Counted from the stretch's first letter, positions 46,884-57,196 are shown. The stretch: 64,000 bases of DNA from Candidatus Aldehydirespirator sp. (GCA_965203635.1 OZ241903.1:2690918-2754917), one strand, 5' to 3'. Notes: a model not told the origin generated them from the letters alone. A program made the numbers and translations.

Positions 46884-48266
46884 TCAGCCGGTCAAGGGAC
46901 AATCGGAGGCGTAGGCGTCCGCGTGATCCTCCAGGATCGTGGCCACGATCGTGTTGGTCAGGTCTCCGTGGACCGGGTCCCTCACAACCTCGAGGAGGTA
47001 CCAGTCCTGGATCGGGTGATTGTTGGTGTTGAAGCTGAAGTTGCCGCGGACGCTGTCGAAGTCGGCCGCCTTGAGCGCCTCGCGCATGCCGGCCGTGTCG
47101 CCGGCGGAGCCCCCGTTGGCGTCCAGCGCGGAGATCAGCAGCAGCGCGGTGTCGTAGCCCTGGGCCGCGTAGGACGTCGGGGTGCTGCCGTACTTCTCGC
47201 GGTAGGCCTCGACGAAGATCCGGTTGGCCTCGTTGTCCATGTCGGGTGCCCAGAACGAGGAGTTGACCAGGCCCAGGGCCGCGTCGCCGATGGCGTCCAC
47301 GAGGAACTCGTCGAACGATGACACCGGACCGAATATCGGAATCTCAAGGCCGGACGCCTGGTACTGCTGGATGAAGGCGATGCCCATCCCGCCCGGGTAG
47401 AAGAAGTACACCGCATCGGGGTCCGCTTCCCGGATCTGAGCGATGGCCTGGGCGTAGTCGGTCGCCCCCAGCTCGGTGTAGATCTCCTCTTCGACGTCGC
47501 CGTAGAACCGCTTGAAGCCGGCCACCATGTCGTGGCCAGCCTGGTAGTTCGGGGCCAGCGCGACCGCGCTCTCGTAGCCTTCGTCGGCCACGTATACGCC
47601 GATCGCCTCGGACTGGTTGTCGTTCTGCCAGGACGCCACGAAGTAGTTCTCGTGACACTGGGCGCCCGCGAACGGCGACGGTGCCGCGTTGGGGCTGATG
47701 TAGATGGTTCCCGCGTTGACGACCTGCGGCACGACCGCGCCGGCAACGTTCGAGAAGACGATCCCGGTCATCACGTCGACCTCGTCCCTGGTGAGCATGC
47801 GGTCGGCCAGCTGCTGGGCGAAGGCCGGATCGCGGCCGTCGTCCTCGACAACGAGATCGAGCTCGTAGCGGCCGTCGATCTCGAAGGCCAGCTGGAAGGC
47901 GTCGCGGATTCCCTCGCCGAGGTACGCCGCCCCGGTCGAGAGGGTCGTGATCATGCCGACCTTGACCTTCCCGCCGACCACCTCGGGCTCTTCGGCCTCT
48001 TCGGGCTCCTCGGCCGGCTCGGGCTCGGCCTCCTCGGCCGGTTCAGGGGCCTCTTCGGGCTCCTCGGCCGGCTCAGGCTCGGGCGCAGCCTCGGGCTCCT
48101 CGGCCGGCTCGGGCTCGGGCGCTGCCTCTGCCGGCTCGGCCGGTGTCGCATCCTCGCTGTCATCGTCGCCGCAGGCGGCGGCCAGGATGCCGAATGTGGC
48201 CACAATCGCCACCGCACGCCAAAGCCACCATGACCGCGTGCGGGTCAAGTTCGTGGTTCCTCCCAT
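46884..48266 (-). CDS. LIV-family ABC substrate-binding lipoprotein with an acidic Pro/Glu spacer
   Basis: Lipobox ILAAAC, a PEPEPAEE-type spacer, then a type-I periplasmic binding fold (KVKVGMITTLSTGAAYLG...). Confidence 0.9.
   Translation of the reverse strand: MGGTTNLTRTRSWWLWRAVAIVATFGILAAACGDDDSEDATPAEPAEAAPEPEPAEEPEAAPEPEPAEEPEEAPEPAEEAEPEPAEEPEEAEEPEVVGGKVKVGMITTLSTGAAYLGEGIRDAFQLAFEIDGRYELDLVVEDDGRDPAFAQQLADRMLTRDEVDVMTGIVFSNVAGAVVPQVVNAGTIYISPNAAPSPFAGAQCHENYFVASWQNDNQSEAIGVYVADEGYESAVALAPNYQAGHDMVAGFKRFYGDVEEEIYTELGATDYAQAIAQIREADPDAVYFFYPGGMGIAFIQQYQASGLEIPIFGPVSSFDEFLVDAIGDAALGLVNSSFWAPDMDNEANRIFVEAYREKYGSTPTSYAAQGYDTALLLISALDANGGSAGDTAGMREALKAADFDSVRGNFSFNTNNHPIQDWYLLEVVRDPVHGDLTNTIVATILEDHADAYASDCPLTG
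47979..48170 (-). repeat. Low-complexity Pro/Glu/Ala coding repeat (about 64 codons) with DNA-level tandem units
   Basis: GDDDSEDATPAEPAEAAPEPEPAEEPEAAPEPEPAEEPEEAPEPAEEAEPEPAEEPEEAEEPE. The unit CTTCGGGCTCCTCGGCCGGCTC(G/A)GGCTCGG recurs. Confidence 0.8.
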
Positions 48267-48310
48267 TTGCCCTCCTTGATTACGCGGGACCGTACCTATC
48301 CCGGTAACGC

Positions 48311-48322
48311 GAATCTAGATTC
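48311..48322. promoter_or_regulatory. Perfect 12-bp palindrome in the promoter region of the LIV operon
   Basis: GAATCTAGATTC lies 45-56 nt upstream of ATG 48266. Read on the minus strand it contains a TAGATT -10-like hexamer. Confidence 0.4.
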
Positions 48323-48404
48323 CGGAACCTGGCCCCGCCAGTGCCGACTAGGACCATAGACATATCAATTGAGGTATGCATCTTGGGATACCGCGTCGGC
48401 GGCG

Positions 48405-49927
<1,523 letters not shown>

Positions 49928-49951
49928 TTGGCGGCGCGCAGCCCCCTGTGG

Positions 49952-51397
49952 CTAGACGATCGAGATGCTGTGGGAGACGTTCTTGACGACCATGTAGTTG
50001 TGCAGGCCCTCTACTCCCCCTTCGCGGCCGTACCCGCTGGACTTGACGCCGCCGAAGGGCGTCTCGGGCACCGACGCCTCGAGCGTGTTGATCGACAGGT
50101 TCCCGGCCTGCACCCGCTCGACCATCCGGTCGGCGTAGTCGGCGCGGTTGGTGAACCCGTAGGCGGCGAGCCCGAAGGGCACCGAGTTGGCGCACTCGAT
50201 GGCCTCGTCGAGCGAGCCCACCCGGTTGACGATGGCCACCGGCCCGAAGGGCTCCTCCCGCATCACCCGGGCGTCGTCGGGGACGTCGGCGAGCACGGTG
50301 GGCTCGAAGAAGTAGCCCGACGTCCCGATCCGGGATCCGCCGGTGGCAACCTCCGCGCCCTTGTCTCGGGCGTCGGCCACGAACTCGGTGATGGCGGCCA
50401 GCCGGCGGTCGTTGGCCAACGGCCCCATCTCCACGCCGGGCTCCATGCCGTCGCCGACCACCGTGGCCGCGGCCCGCTCGGTGAACACGTTGAGGAAGTC
50501 CCGGTAGATGCTGTCGTGGACGAAGAAGCGCGTCGGGGAGGTGCACACCTGCCCGGCGTTGCGCATCTTGCGCACCGCGGAGGTGACCGCGGCCGCCCGC
50601 GTGTCGGTGTCCTCGCACACGATCACCGGCGCGTGCCCGCCGAGTTCCATCAGCACCGGCGTCATGTGGTCCGAGGCCAGGCCGGTGAGATGCCGCCCCA
50701 CCGCGGTCGAGCCGGTGAAGGCGACCAGGCGGATCGACTCGTGCGGGATCAGGTACTCGGAGATCTCCGACGGCACGCCGTACACCAGGTTCAGCACCCC
50801 CGGCGGCAGGCCGGCGTCGTGGAAGGCCCGGGCGATGTGCATGGCGCCGGCGGGGGTCTCCTCGGCCGGCTTGAGGATGATGGAGCATCCCGCCGCGATC
50901 GCGCCGGCCACCTTGCGGGCGGGCTGGCTCATCGGGAAGTTCCACGGCGAGAACGCGGCCACCGGGCCGATGGGCTGATGGTGGACGATGTAGTTGATGC
51001 CGGGCTCGCTGGGGATGACCCGGCCGTAGGTGCGCACCGCCTCGCCGGCGTCCCATTCGAAGAACTCGGCGCCCCGGATGACCTCCAGCTTGGCCTGCGG
51101 GTACGGCTTGCCCAGCTCCAGGGTGATGTCCCGCCCGATCTCGGCCTGACGCTCGCGCATGATGGCCGCGGCCCGGCGCAGCACGTCGGCCCGATCCTTG
51201 GGCGCAGTCCGGCTCCAGACCTCGAACCCCTTGGCGGCGGCCTCCAGCGCGTCGTCGAGGTCCTGGCGGCCGGCCCGGGCCAGCCGCCCGATGACCTGCT
51301 CGTCGGCCGGGTTGACCACCGGCAGGTCGTCCGCGGTGGTGCGCCAGGTGCCGCCGATGTAGAGCCCGACGTCGGGATAGTCAGTCATAGCCCGCAT
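49952..51397 (-). CDS. NAD(P)-dependent aldehyde dehydrogenase (semialdehyde dehydrogenase-like)
   Basis: FSPWNFP, LKPAEETP, MELGGHAP, MRNAGQVCTSPTR. It is a paralogue of 12343..13812. The start is ATG 51397 or 51388. Confidence 0.9.
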   Translation of the reverse strand: MRAMTDYPDVGLYIGGTWRTTADDLPVVNPADEQVIGRLARAGRQDLDDALEAAAKGFEVWSRTAPKDRADVLRRAAAIMRERQAEIGRDITLELGKPYPQAKLEVIRGAEFFEWDAGEAVRTYGRVIPSEPGINYIVHHQPIGPVAAFSPWNFPMSQPARKVAGAIAAGCSIILKPAEETPAGAMHIARAFHDAGLPPGVLNLVYGVPSEISEYLIPHESIRLVAFTGSTAVGRHLTGLASDHMTPVLMELGGHAPVIVCEDTDTRAAAVTSAVRKMRNAGQVCTSPTRFFVHDSIYRDFLNVFTERAAATVVGDGMEPGVEMGPLANDRRLAAITEFVADARDKGAEVATGGSRIGTSGYFFEPTVLADVPDDARVMREEPFGPVAIVNRVGSLDEAIECANSVPFGLAAYGFTNRADYADRMVERVQAGNLSINTLEASVPETPFGGVKSSGYGREGGVEGLHNYMVVKNVSHSISIV

Positions 51398-51402
51398 GGC
51401 AA

Positions 51403-51414
51403 GAATCTAGATCT
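51403..51414. promoter_or_regulatory. Second copy of the GAATCTAGAT motif, directly upstream of the aldehyde dehydrogenase start
   Basis: GAATCTAGATCT shares 10 of 12 positions with 48311..48322. On the minus strand, TAGATT ends 6 nt before ATG 51397 (leaderless geometry). Confidence 0.35.
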
Positions 51415-51479
51415 TCGCCCGACCGGACTCGATTGCCGAGTTTCGGGGTCCACATACCAGCCGTGGTAATTCCTCAATC

Positions 51480-52421
51480 TCACTCGTCACCCTCAGACCG
51501 GACGCGGGCTGCGTGTCGCAGCGCCTCGATCAGCCTGTGAGCGCTGGCGGGCAGCTCGCCACCCGATCGGGTGATGATCCCGACCGGGACCGATGTGCCC
51601 TCTATTTCGACCTTGAGCGACACCAACGCGTCGCGATCGAGGTCGTCGCCGAATATTCCCGACGGGACGACGGCCAGATGCTCGCCCCGTAGCACAAGCG
51701 CTCTCAGAGGCACGGGCGCGACGCACTCGGTGACGTTGTGCGGTGCTCGACTGCACTCCCGGATGAAAGCGGCTTCGATCTGATGGCGCAGCGAGGTGTC
51801 GCGTGGCGGCAGGATCCAGGCGTCGTCCACGAGTTCGGCCAGGCTTCCCCGGTGCCCGGACCGGAGGTGTCTCGGGGTGCAGACGACCTGCACGTCATCG
51901 TCGAACAGCGGCTCGACGTCCACGCCCGGCATCGAGGCCAGAGGGGTCACACGCCCTACCACGAAGTCGACCTGGCCCGACATCAGATCCTCGTGGAGCC
52001 GATCGGGGGTCCCTTCGGAGATCGCGACGCCCACGCCCGGATGACGGCGGGTGACCTCGAACACCGCAGCCGGCAGGATGTCCGCGGTACCGGCGAGGAG
52101 CGTGCCCACTCGCACCTCTCCCCGTTCGCCGTCGACGATCTCGTCGGCGTGGCGGAGCAGCGAGCCCACCTCGGAGGTCACGAGCTGCATATGAGTGATG
52201 AGCGGCGCGCCGGCCGCGGTGACCGTCATGCCCTTGGGTCCCCGGTCGAACAGCTGCACGCCGAGGATCCGCTCGAGCTCGGCCAGCGAGCGAGACATCG
52301 CGGGCTGGGTCAGGTGCAGCACCGCGCTGGCCTCGCGGATCGATCCGCGGTGGGCGATCGTCGCCGCCACGATCATGTGGCGGAGCCTGATCTGCCGTGA
52401 CAGCAGCTCGGCCGGCCGCAC
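51480..52421 (-). CDS. LysR family transcriptional regulator
   Basis: HTH IRLRHMIVAATIAHRGSIREASAVLHLTQPAMSRSLAELE plus a LysR substrate-binding domain. The start is placed at GTG 52421, because the ORF-track start at 52490 would translate through an AT-rich palindromic promoter-like segment. Confidence 0.85.
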   Translation of the reverse strand: MRPAELLSRQIRLRHMIVAATIAHRGSIREASAVLHLTQPAMSRSLAELERILGVQLFDRGPKGMTVTAAGAPLITHMQLVTSEVGSLLRHADEIVDGERGEVRVGTLLAGTADILPAAVFEVTRRHPGVGVAISEGTPDRLHEDLMSGQVDFVVGRVTPLASMPGVDVEPLFDDDVQVVCTPRHLRSGHRGSLAELVDDAWILPPRDTSLRHQIEAAFIRECSRAPHNVTECVAPVPLRALVLRGEHLAVVPSGIFGDDLDRDALVSLKVEIEGTSVPVGIITRSGGELPASAHRLIEALRHAARVRSEGDE

Positions 52422-52430
52422 ATCATAATG

Positions 52431-52440
52431 ATATCGATAT
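52431..52440. promoter_or_regulatory. Perfect 10-bp palindrome in the lysR/marR divergent region
   Basis: ATATCGATAT sits within the AT-rich stretch CATCATAATGATATCGATATGTGCTATG, 10 nt upstream of the proposed lysR start. Confidence 0.35.
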
Positions 52441-52610
52441 GTGCTATGCCGAGTCCCGTCGCTTTTGCTAGGCCCTTCGTCGCAGTTCATCTCAGAAGCG
52501 AGCGTCTCTCTACTCGACTTCGCTCGGCGCTACTCGAAGATCGACGCGAAGTGGTGCCTGTTGGCTCGGATTCTGAGACGCTGTCCTCGTGGTATATCGT
52601 GCCCGGCTGA

Positions 52611-53129
52611 ATGAGCGCAGAGCAGGGTCGATGGTTCGAGCGCCGGGCGGCGCACCTGATCGAGCGGGACCTCCCCGAGGCCGACACCGAGGTTTTCTCT
52701 TTGTTCTTCAACCTTCTGAGTGCCTCGAACGCAGCATCGTCGGTCATAGAGGCGAGGGCCTTTCGTCCCAAGGGCTTGACGTGGGGCAGTTTCCGAACCC
52801 TCTTCACGCTCATGGTCCTAGGAGACCTGAACCCCAATGAGATCGCCTCACGCTCCGGAGTGAGCGACGCGGCCGTGTCGGGGGTCCTCAAGACGTTGGA
52901 GCGGCAGGGCCACCTGGAACGCACGGTCGATGACTCGGATCGTCGCCGAGTGCGGGTGTCGATCACTGAATCCGGTCGCCACCTTGTACTGGCCGCCTAC
53001 GGCGATCAGAACAGGGTCGAGCGCGAGGTCGTCGGCTTGCTGAAAGATGACGAGCGAGCAGTGCTGGAGGCGGCCTCCCGCCGCCTGCTTCTCGCACTGC
53101 GTCCCGATAAGACCACGGACGATACATAA
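52611..53129 (+). CDS. MarR family transcriptional regulator
   Basis: Winged HTH NPNEIASRSGVSDAAVSGVLKTLERQGHLERTVDDSDRRRVRVSITESG. Confidence 0.9.
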   Translation: MSAEQGRWFERRAAHLIERDLPEADTEVFSLFFNLLSASNAASSVIEARAFRPKGLTWGSFRTLFTLMVLGDLNPNEIASRSGVSDAAVSGVLKTLERQGHLERTVDDSDRRRVRVSITESGRHLVLAAYGDQNRVEREVVGLLKDDERAVLEAASRRLLLALRPDKTTDDT

Positions 53130-53166
53130 TACCTAGGGAGTTGACTATTAGGTCCTTAGGTATTAT
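53126..53166 (+). promoter_or_regulatory. 10-bp perfect inverted repeat bracketing a promoter: candidate MarR operator
   Basis: ATAATACCTA-N21-TAGGTATTAT, with TTGACT (53141..53146) in the spacer and TATACA 17 nt downstream of it. The RBS AAGGAGGAG precedes ATG 53204. Confidence 0.5.
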
Positions 53167-53203
53167 ACATGGTGCATCCGTCCGCGTGCGAAGGAGGAGC
53201 ACC

Positions 53204-54559
53204 ATGAAGCGGGTCAAGTTTGGATGCCTGGCTGTGTTGGCAGCGTTCGCGCTGATCGTCTCGGCCTGCGGTGACGATGACGAGGCGTCGCCGATCCCGA
53301 CGCAGCCGCCAAGCGAGGACGCGTCCGACGCCCAAGCGGCACCGGAACCAGCCGAGTCGGAGACTGAGCCGGAATCCGAACAGGCGCCCGCGGCGACAGA
53401 GGCACCCGAGGCCACTGATCCGGAGGTGCCGACCGAGGAGACGCCGGACGAAGGCGAGACCGAGCCGTCTGCCGGCCCGGTGACGATCGGGCTCCTGTAC
53501 TCGAACTCGGGCCCCGGAGGCGTGCTTGGGCCGCCGGCCGAGCGGGCGCTACGGCTTGCAGTGGAGGACATCAACGCTGCTGGCGGGGTCAACGGCTCCG
53601 AGGTGCGGATCGAACTGGCCGACACCGCTACCGACCCCGCGGTGGGACGCGATGCCATGGAACGGCTGGTGTCGGAGGCCGCAGTGGACGTCGTGATCGG
53701 CATCCACTCCTCCGCTACCCGTGAGGCGGCCAGGCCACTGGCCGAGGAGTTCGACACGCTCTATCTCTACGGCTCCCTCTACGAGGGAGGGGAATGCTCT
53801 GCTGCGATGTTCAACTCCGGCGAGGTTCCGGCCCAGCATCTCGGCCCGGCCATTCCCTGGATCATGGAGCGCACTGGCGGAACCCGGTGGTTCCTGCTCG
53901 GCAACGACTACGTGTGGCCCCGGAAGAGCTTCGAGGCCGCCAAGAGGATCATTGAGGACGCAGGCGGCGAGATTGTGGGCGAGCAGTACGTGCCTCTCGG
54001 CACCCAGGACTTCGGCGATGTGCTCGCTGACCTAGCCGCGGCAGACGCCGATCTGATCCTGCCTGCCCTCGTGGGCGGAGACGCCATCGCGTTCGAACTC
54101 CAGGCCCCCGACTTTGGCGCGGGCCAGGACGAAGTGGCCCGTCTGGCCAACATCTACGAGGAAGGGGTGCTGGGCGCCATCGGGCCAGAACTCACCGCGG
54201 GCATGATCGTGACGCTGGGATACGTCAAGGAGGTCGACACCGCCGCCAACCGTTCCTTCGTGGAGAGGTACGTCTCGGAGTTCGGCCAGGACTTCCCGCC
54301 CAACACCTTCGCAGCCCACGTGTATGAACTCGCTCTCCTGTGGGCAGCCGCGGCCAACGATGCAGGAACCGTAGCGGCGGGAGACGTGAGCGCTGCGCTC
54401 AAGGGCCGGTCTATCGACTCCGTACGCGGTACCGTGACCGTGACCGAGTCGCGCCATCTGGCCCAGCCGATGTTCCTAGTCGAGATAACCCCCGACGGAG
54501 AGCAAGTCATCGTGGAGTCCTTCGAGTCCCTGGATCCCGAAGAAGGCTGCACGCTGTGA
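53204..54559 (+). CDS. LIV/AmiC-family ABC substrate-binding lipoprotein with an acidic spacer
   Basis: MKRVKFGCLAVLAAFALIVSAC lipobox, an acidic Pro/Glu/Thr spacer of about 68 aa (53270..53473), then a type-I binding fold (VTIGLLYSNSGPGGVLG...). Confidence 0.9.
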   Translation: MKRVKFGCLAVLAAFALIVSACGDDDEASPIPTQPPSEDASDAQAAPEPAESETEPESEQAPAATEAPEATDPEVPTEETPDEGETEPSAGPVTIGLLYSNSGPGGVLGPPAERALRLAVEDINAAGGVNGSEVRIELADTATDPAVGRDAMERLVSEAAVDVVIGIHSSATREAARPLAEEFDTLYLYGSLYEGGECSAAMFNSGEVPAQHLGPAIPWIMERTGGTRWFLLGNDYVWPRKSFEAAKRIIEDAGGEIVGEQYVPLGTQDFGDVLADLAAADADLILPALVGGDAIAFELQAPDFGAGQDEVARLANIYEEGVLGAIGPELTAGMIVTLGYVKEVDTAANRSFVERYVSEFGQDFPPNTFAAHVYELALLWAAAANDAGTVAAGDVSAALKGRSIDSVRGTVTVTESRHLAQPMFLVEITPDGEQVIVESFESLDPEEGCTL

Positions 54560-54577
54560 CCACCGCTCCGGCGGTGG
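54560..54577 (+). terminator. Intercistronic hairpin immediately after the binding-protein stop
   Basis: CCACCGC-TCCG-GCGGTGG is a perfect 7-bp stem starting 1 nt after the TGA. Confidence 0.5.
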
Positions 54578-54614
54578 CGGGCCTCGCTAGAGGTGCGATT
54601 GCCCAATTCCATCA

Positions 54615-55460
54615 GTGCTGCATGTACTCAACGCTCTCAGCCTCCTAGCGACTCTCGGCCTCACCGCGCTCGGGCTATGGATCGTCTTCGGGCTGATGAA
54701 CGTAGTGAACGTCGCCCATGGCGAGTTCGCCATGCTGGGCGCCTACTCGATGGTCGTGCTGACCGAGGCGGGACTCAATCATTGGGTCGCGGTGGCCATC
54801 ACGCCCGGGCTCCTGCTGCTGGTCGGCGCCGCATGCGAGCTGACGGTGTTCCGGCGGCTGCGAACCAGGCGGGAGGTCAGCCTGCTGGCCGCCTTCGGAC
54901 TCTCGATAGTCATCCGCGAAGTGGTCCAGTTGGTGTTCGGGCGGCAGCAGCGATCGATCCCGAACCCGCTGCGGGGCGGGACGGAGATCCTCGGCGTCAC
55001 GTACCCCAGATACCAGCTCCTCGTGATCGCGATCGCCATCGGGGTGCTCCTGGCAGCATGGCTCGTGTTGCGCTACAGCCGGGCTGGACTGGTCATGAGA
55101 TCAGTGGTCGCCGACCGGGACCTGGCCGAGACGCTGGGGATCCGAGCGGCGCGGGTGGACACCGTCGCCATGGCGGTGGGAGCAGCGTCGGCCGGCTTGG
55201 CGGGAGCCCTGCTCGCGCCCCGAATCTCAATAGAGCCCACCGCGGGCCTGAACCTGCTGCTCGGCGCATTCCTCGTGGTGATCGTGGGCGGCTTCCGCAG
55301 GGCGAGTGCGGTGGTGCTCGGCGCGGCTGCCGTCGCGGCCATCACCACAGTGGTGGCCCTCTGGTACGACGCAGTCTGGGGGCAGGTGGCCGCGGTGGCC
55401 GCGGCCGCACTCGTGCTCCAGACCCGGGTGGAGACCGGGCTGAGAGGGGTGGTGCGGTGA
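54615..55460 (+). CDS. LIV-type ABC permease (LivH-like)
   Basis: MLHVLNALSLLATLGLTALGLWIVFGLMNVVNVAHGE is a LivH-type N-terminus on a polytopic protein. Confidence 0.9.
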   Translation: MLHVLNALSLLATLGLTALGLWIVFGLMNVVNVAHGEFAMLGAYSMVVLTEAGLNHWVAVAITPGLLLLVGAACELTVFRRLRTRREVSLLAAFGLSIVIREVVQLVFGRQQRSIPNPLRGGTEILGVTYPRYQLLVIAIAIGVLLAAWLVLRYSRAGLVMRSVVADRDLAETLGIRAARVDTVAMAVGAASAGLAGALLAPRISIEPTAGLNLLLGAFLVVIVGGFRRASAVVLGAAAVAAITTVVALWYDAVWGQVAAVAAAALVLQTRVETGLRGVVR

Positions 55461-57196
55461 GACTGGAGCTTCGCCGGCCGGTGCGGGCAGCGTTGATCGT
55501 CGGGGCCGCAGTCGTGGCGGTGGCCGCGCTCCAGAACCAGACGGGCTTCTACGCGGACCAGATCGCGCAAGCGGCAACGCTGGCCCTGTTGGCCGTGAGC
55601 CTCGACATCGTGTGGGGCCACGGAGGCATCGTCAGCCTGGGCCAGACGGTCCCGTTCGGTGTCGCCGCCTACCTGACGGCTCGGCTCACCATGGAAGCGC
55701 CGAACATGACGATCCCGATCATTGTGCTGGCCGCCGTGGCGGGATCCGTCGTCGGCTTGCTAATGGGCATGGTGCTCCTGCGCCGGAGACGGTCGGCCAT
55801 GACCATCGCCCTGTTCACGATGATGCTGTCGCTTCTGGCGGAGCGGCTCGCCGCCAAGCTCCAGATCATCGGCGGATTCAACGGCCTCGGCGGGGTGCCC
55901 CCCTTCCACCTCGGACCGATCGAGCTGTCGAGCGCCACCCGGGACCTGCTGATCGTCGGGGTATGCGCGGCGACCGTTGTGGGGACATGGTCGTTGTTGC
56001 GGCGCCCGGTGGGGGGCGTGCTCCTGGGAGTGCGCGACTGCGAGCCGCGAATGGCCGCTTCCGGCTACCACACCATCGCCGTGAAGATCGCCGCAATGGC
56101 GGCAGGGGGCGCCGTTGCCGGACTCGGAGGCGCCCTCTACGCGATGCAGGCCGGGTTCGTGTATCCCGGAGTGTTCGGCTTCGGGTTCATCGCTGACACC
56201 TTGCTGTGGACCCTCATCGGCGGATTCGGGACTCTTGTCGGGCCGGTTGCGGCGACGGTCGGGTTGACCCTGCTCGAGGAGTACCTCGCCAGCGAGGCGA
56301 TCGAGTACTGGCTCCTGCTCACGGGGCTCTCCTTCCTTCTTCTGGTGATGTTTGTCGAGGGCGGCCTAGCCATGCAGTTCCGCCGCTGGCTGGGGCGAGG
56401 CCCGCGGACGCCCAACCAGGTCGAGCTAGCCCCGAGGGAGCAGAGCCGAAGGGATCCGTCCCGCTTGCGTGCAGTGTCCCTGAGTTCCAGTTTCGGTGCC
56501 TTTCGAGCTCTGAACGGTGTCGACCTGGATGTGGCCGATCCTGGCGTCTACTGCCTCATCGGGCCCAACGGCGCGGGCAAGACGACGCTGCTCGACACAT
56601 TGTGCGGGTTCCAGCGGATCACCTCCGGTCGGGTCGAATTCGACGGCACGGACCTGACCGATCAGCGGCCCTGGAGGTTCGCCCGTATGGGCCTCGCACG
56701 GAAGTTCCAGACCCCCCATGTGATGGGCTCGCTCACGGTGTCCGAGAACGTTGCCCTGGCCGCGTTCGCTAACGGCCAGAGGGCGGGTTGGATGTGGAGC
56801 CGCACCTGGCACGCGGAGGTCCCATCCGAAGCCATGAACGCGCTGACATCAGCAGGACTGAACGAGCGCCTCGACGCTCTGGCCGGGGACCTTTCTCACG
56901 GCGAGCAGCAGTGGCTCGAGACGGTGCTAGCGCTGTGCACCCGACCCCGTGTTGTCCTGCTCGATGAGCCCACCGCGGGAATGACGGCCACCGAGAGCCG
57001 CCACGCCGCCCGGCAGCTCCGAGCCATCGCCGCGAGCCAACGAATCCCCCTCATCGTCGTGGAGCACGACACAACCTTCATCAAGGAGGCTTCCGACCAT
57101 GTCACGGTGCTCGCCGGAGGCGAAGTGATCGCCGAGGGAACAGTCGAGGAGATCGAAGCGGACCCGCGAGTCAAGGACCTCTACTTTGCGCAATGA
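55457..57196 (+). CDS. Fused LIV-type permease (LivM-like) and ATP-binding (LivG-like) protein
   Basis: The N-terminal half is polytopic, with SLDIVWGHGGIVSLGQTVPFGVAAY. The C-terminal half has Walker A GPNGAGKTT, signature LSHGEQQWLE and Walker B VLLDEP. GTG 55457 overlaps the livH-like stop (GTGA). Confidence 0.85.
   Translation: MRLELRRPVRAALIVGAAVVAVAALQNQTGFYADQIAQAATLALLAVSLDIVWGHGGIVSLGQTVPFGVAAYLTARLTMEAPNMTIPIIVLAAVAGSVVGLLMGMVLLRRRRSAMTIALFTMMLSLLAERLAAKLQIIGGFNGLGGVPPFHLGPIELSSATRDLLIVGVCAATVVGTWSLLRRPVGGVLLGVRDCEPRMAASGYHTIAVKIAAMAAGGAVAGLGGALYAMQAGFVYPGVFGFGFIADTLLWTLIGGFGTLVGPVAATVGLTLLEEYLASEAIEYWLLLTGLSFLLLVMFVEGGLAMQFRRWLGRGPRTPNQVELAPREQSRRDPSRLRAVSLSSSFGAFRALNGVDLDVADPGVYCLIGPNGAGKTTLLDTLCGFQRITSGRVEFDGTDLTDQRPWRFARMGLARKFQTPHVMGSLTVSENVALAAFANGQRAGWMWSRTWHAEVPSEAMNALTSAGLNERLDALAGDLSHGEQQWLETVLALCTRPRVVLLDEPTAGMTATESRHAARQLRAIAASQRIPLIVVEHDTTFIKEASDHVTVLAGGEVIAEGTVEEIEADPRVKDLYFAQ

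Noticed and set aside
54593-55456. Upstream 288 aa of the 867-aa ORF 54593..57196
   Set aside because: It lies out of frame over the LivH-like permease gene and is Arg/Gly/Pro-rich. The LivM-like membrane domain starts at GTG 55457, which overlaps the permease stop.
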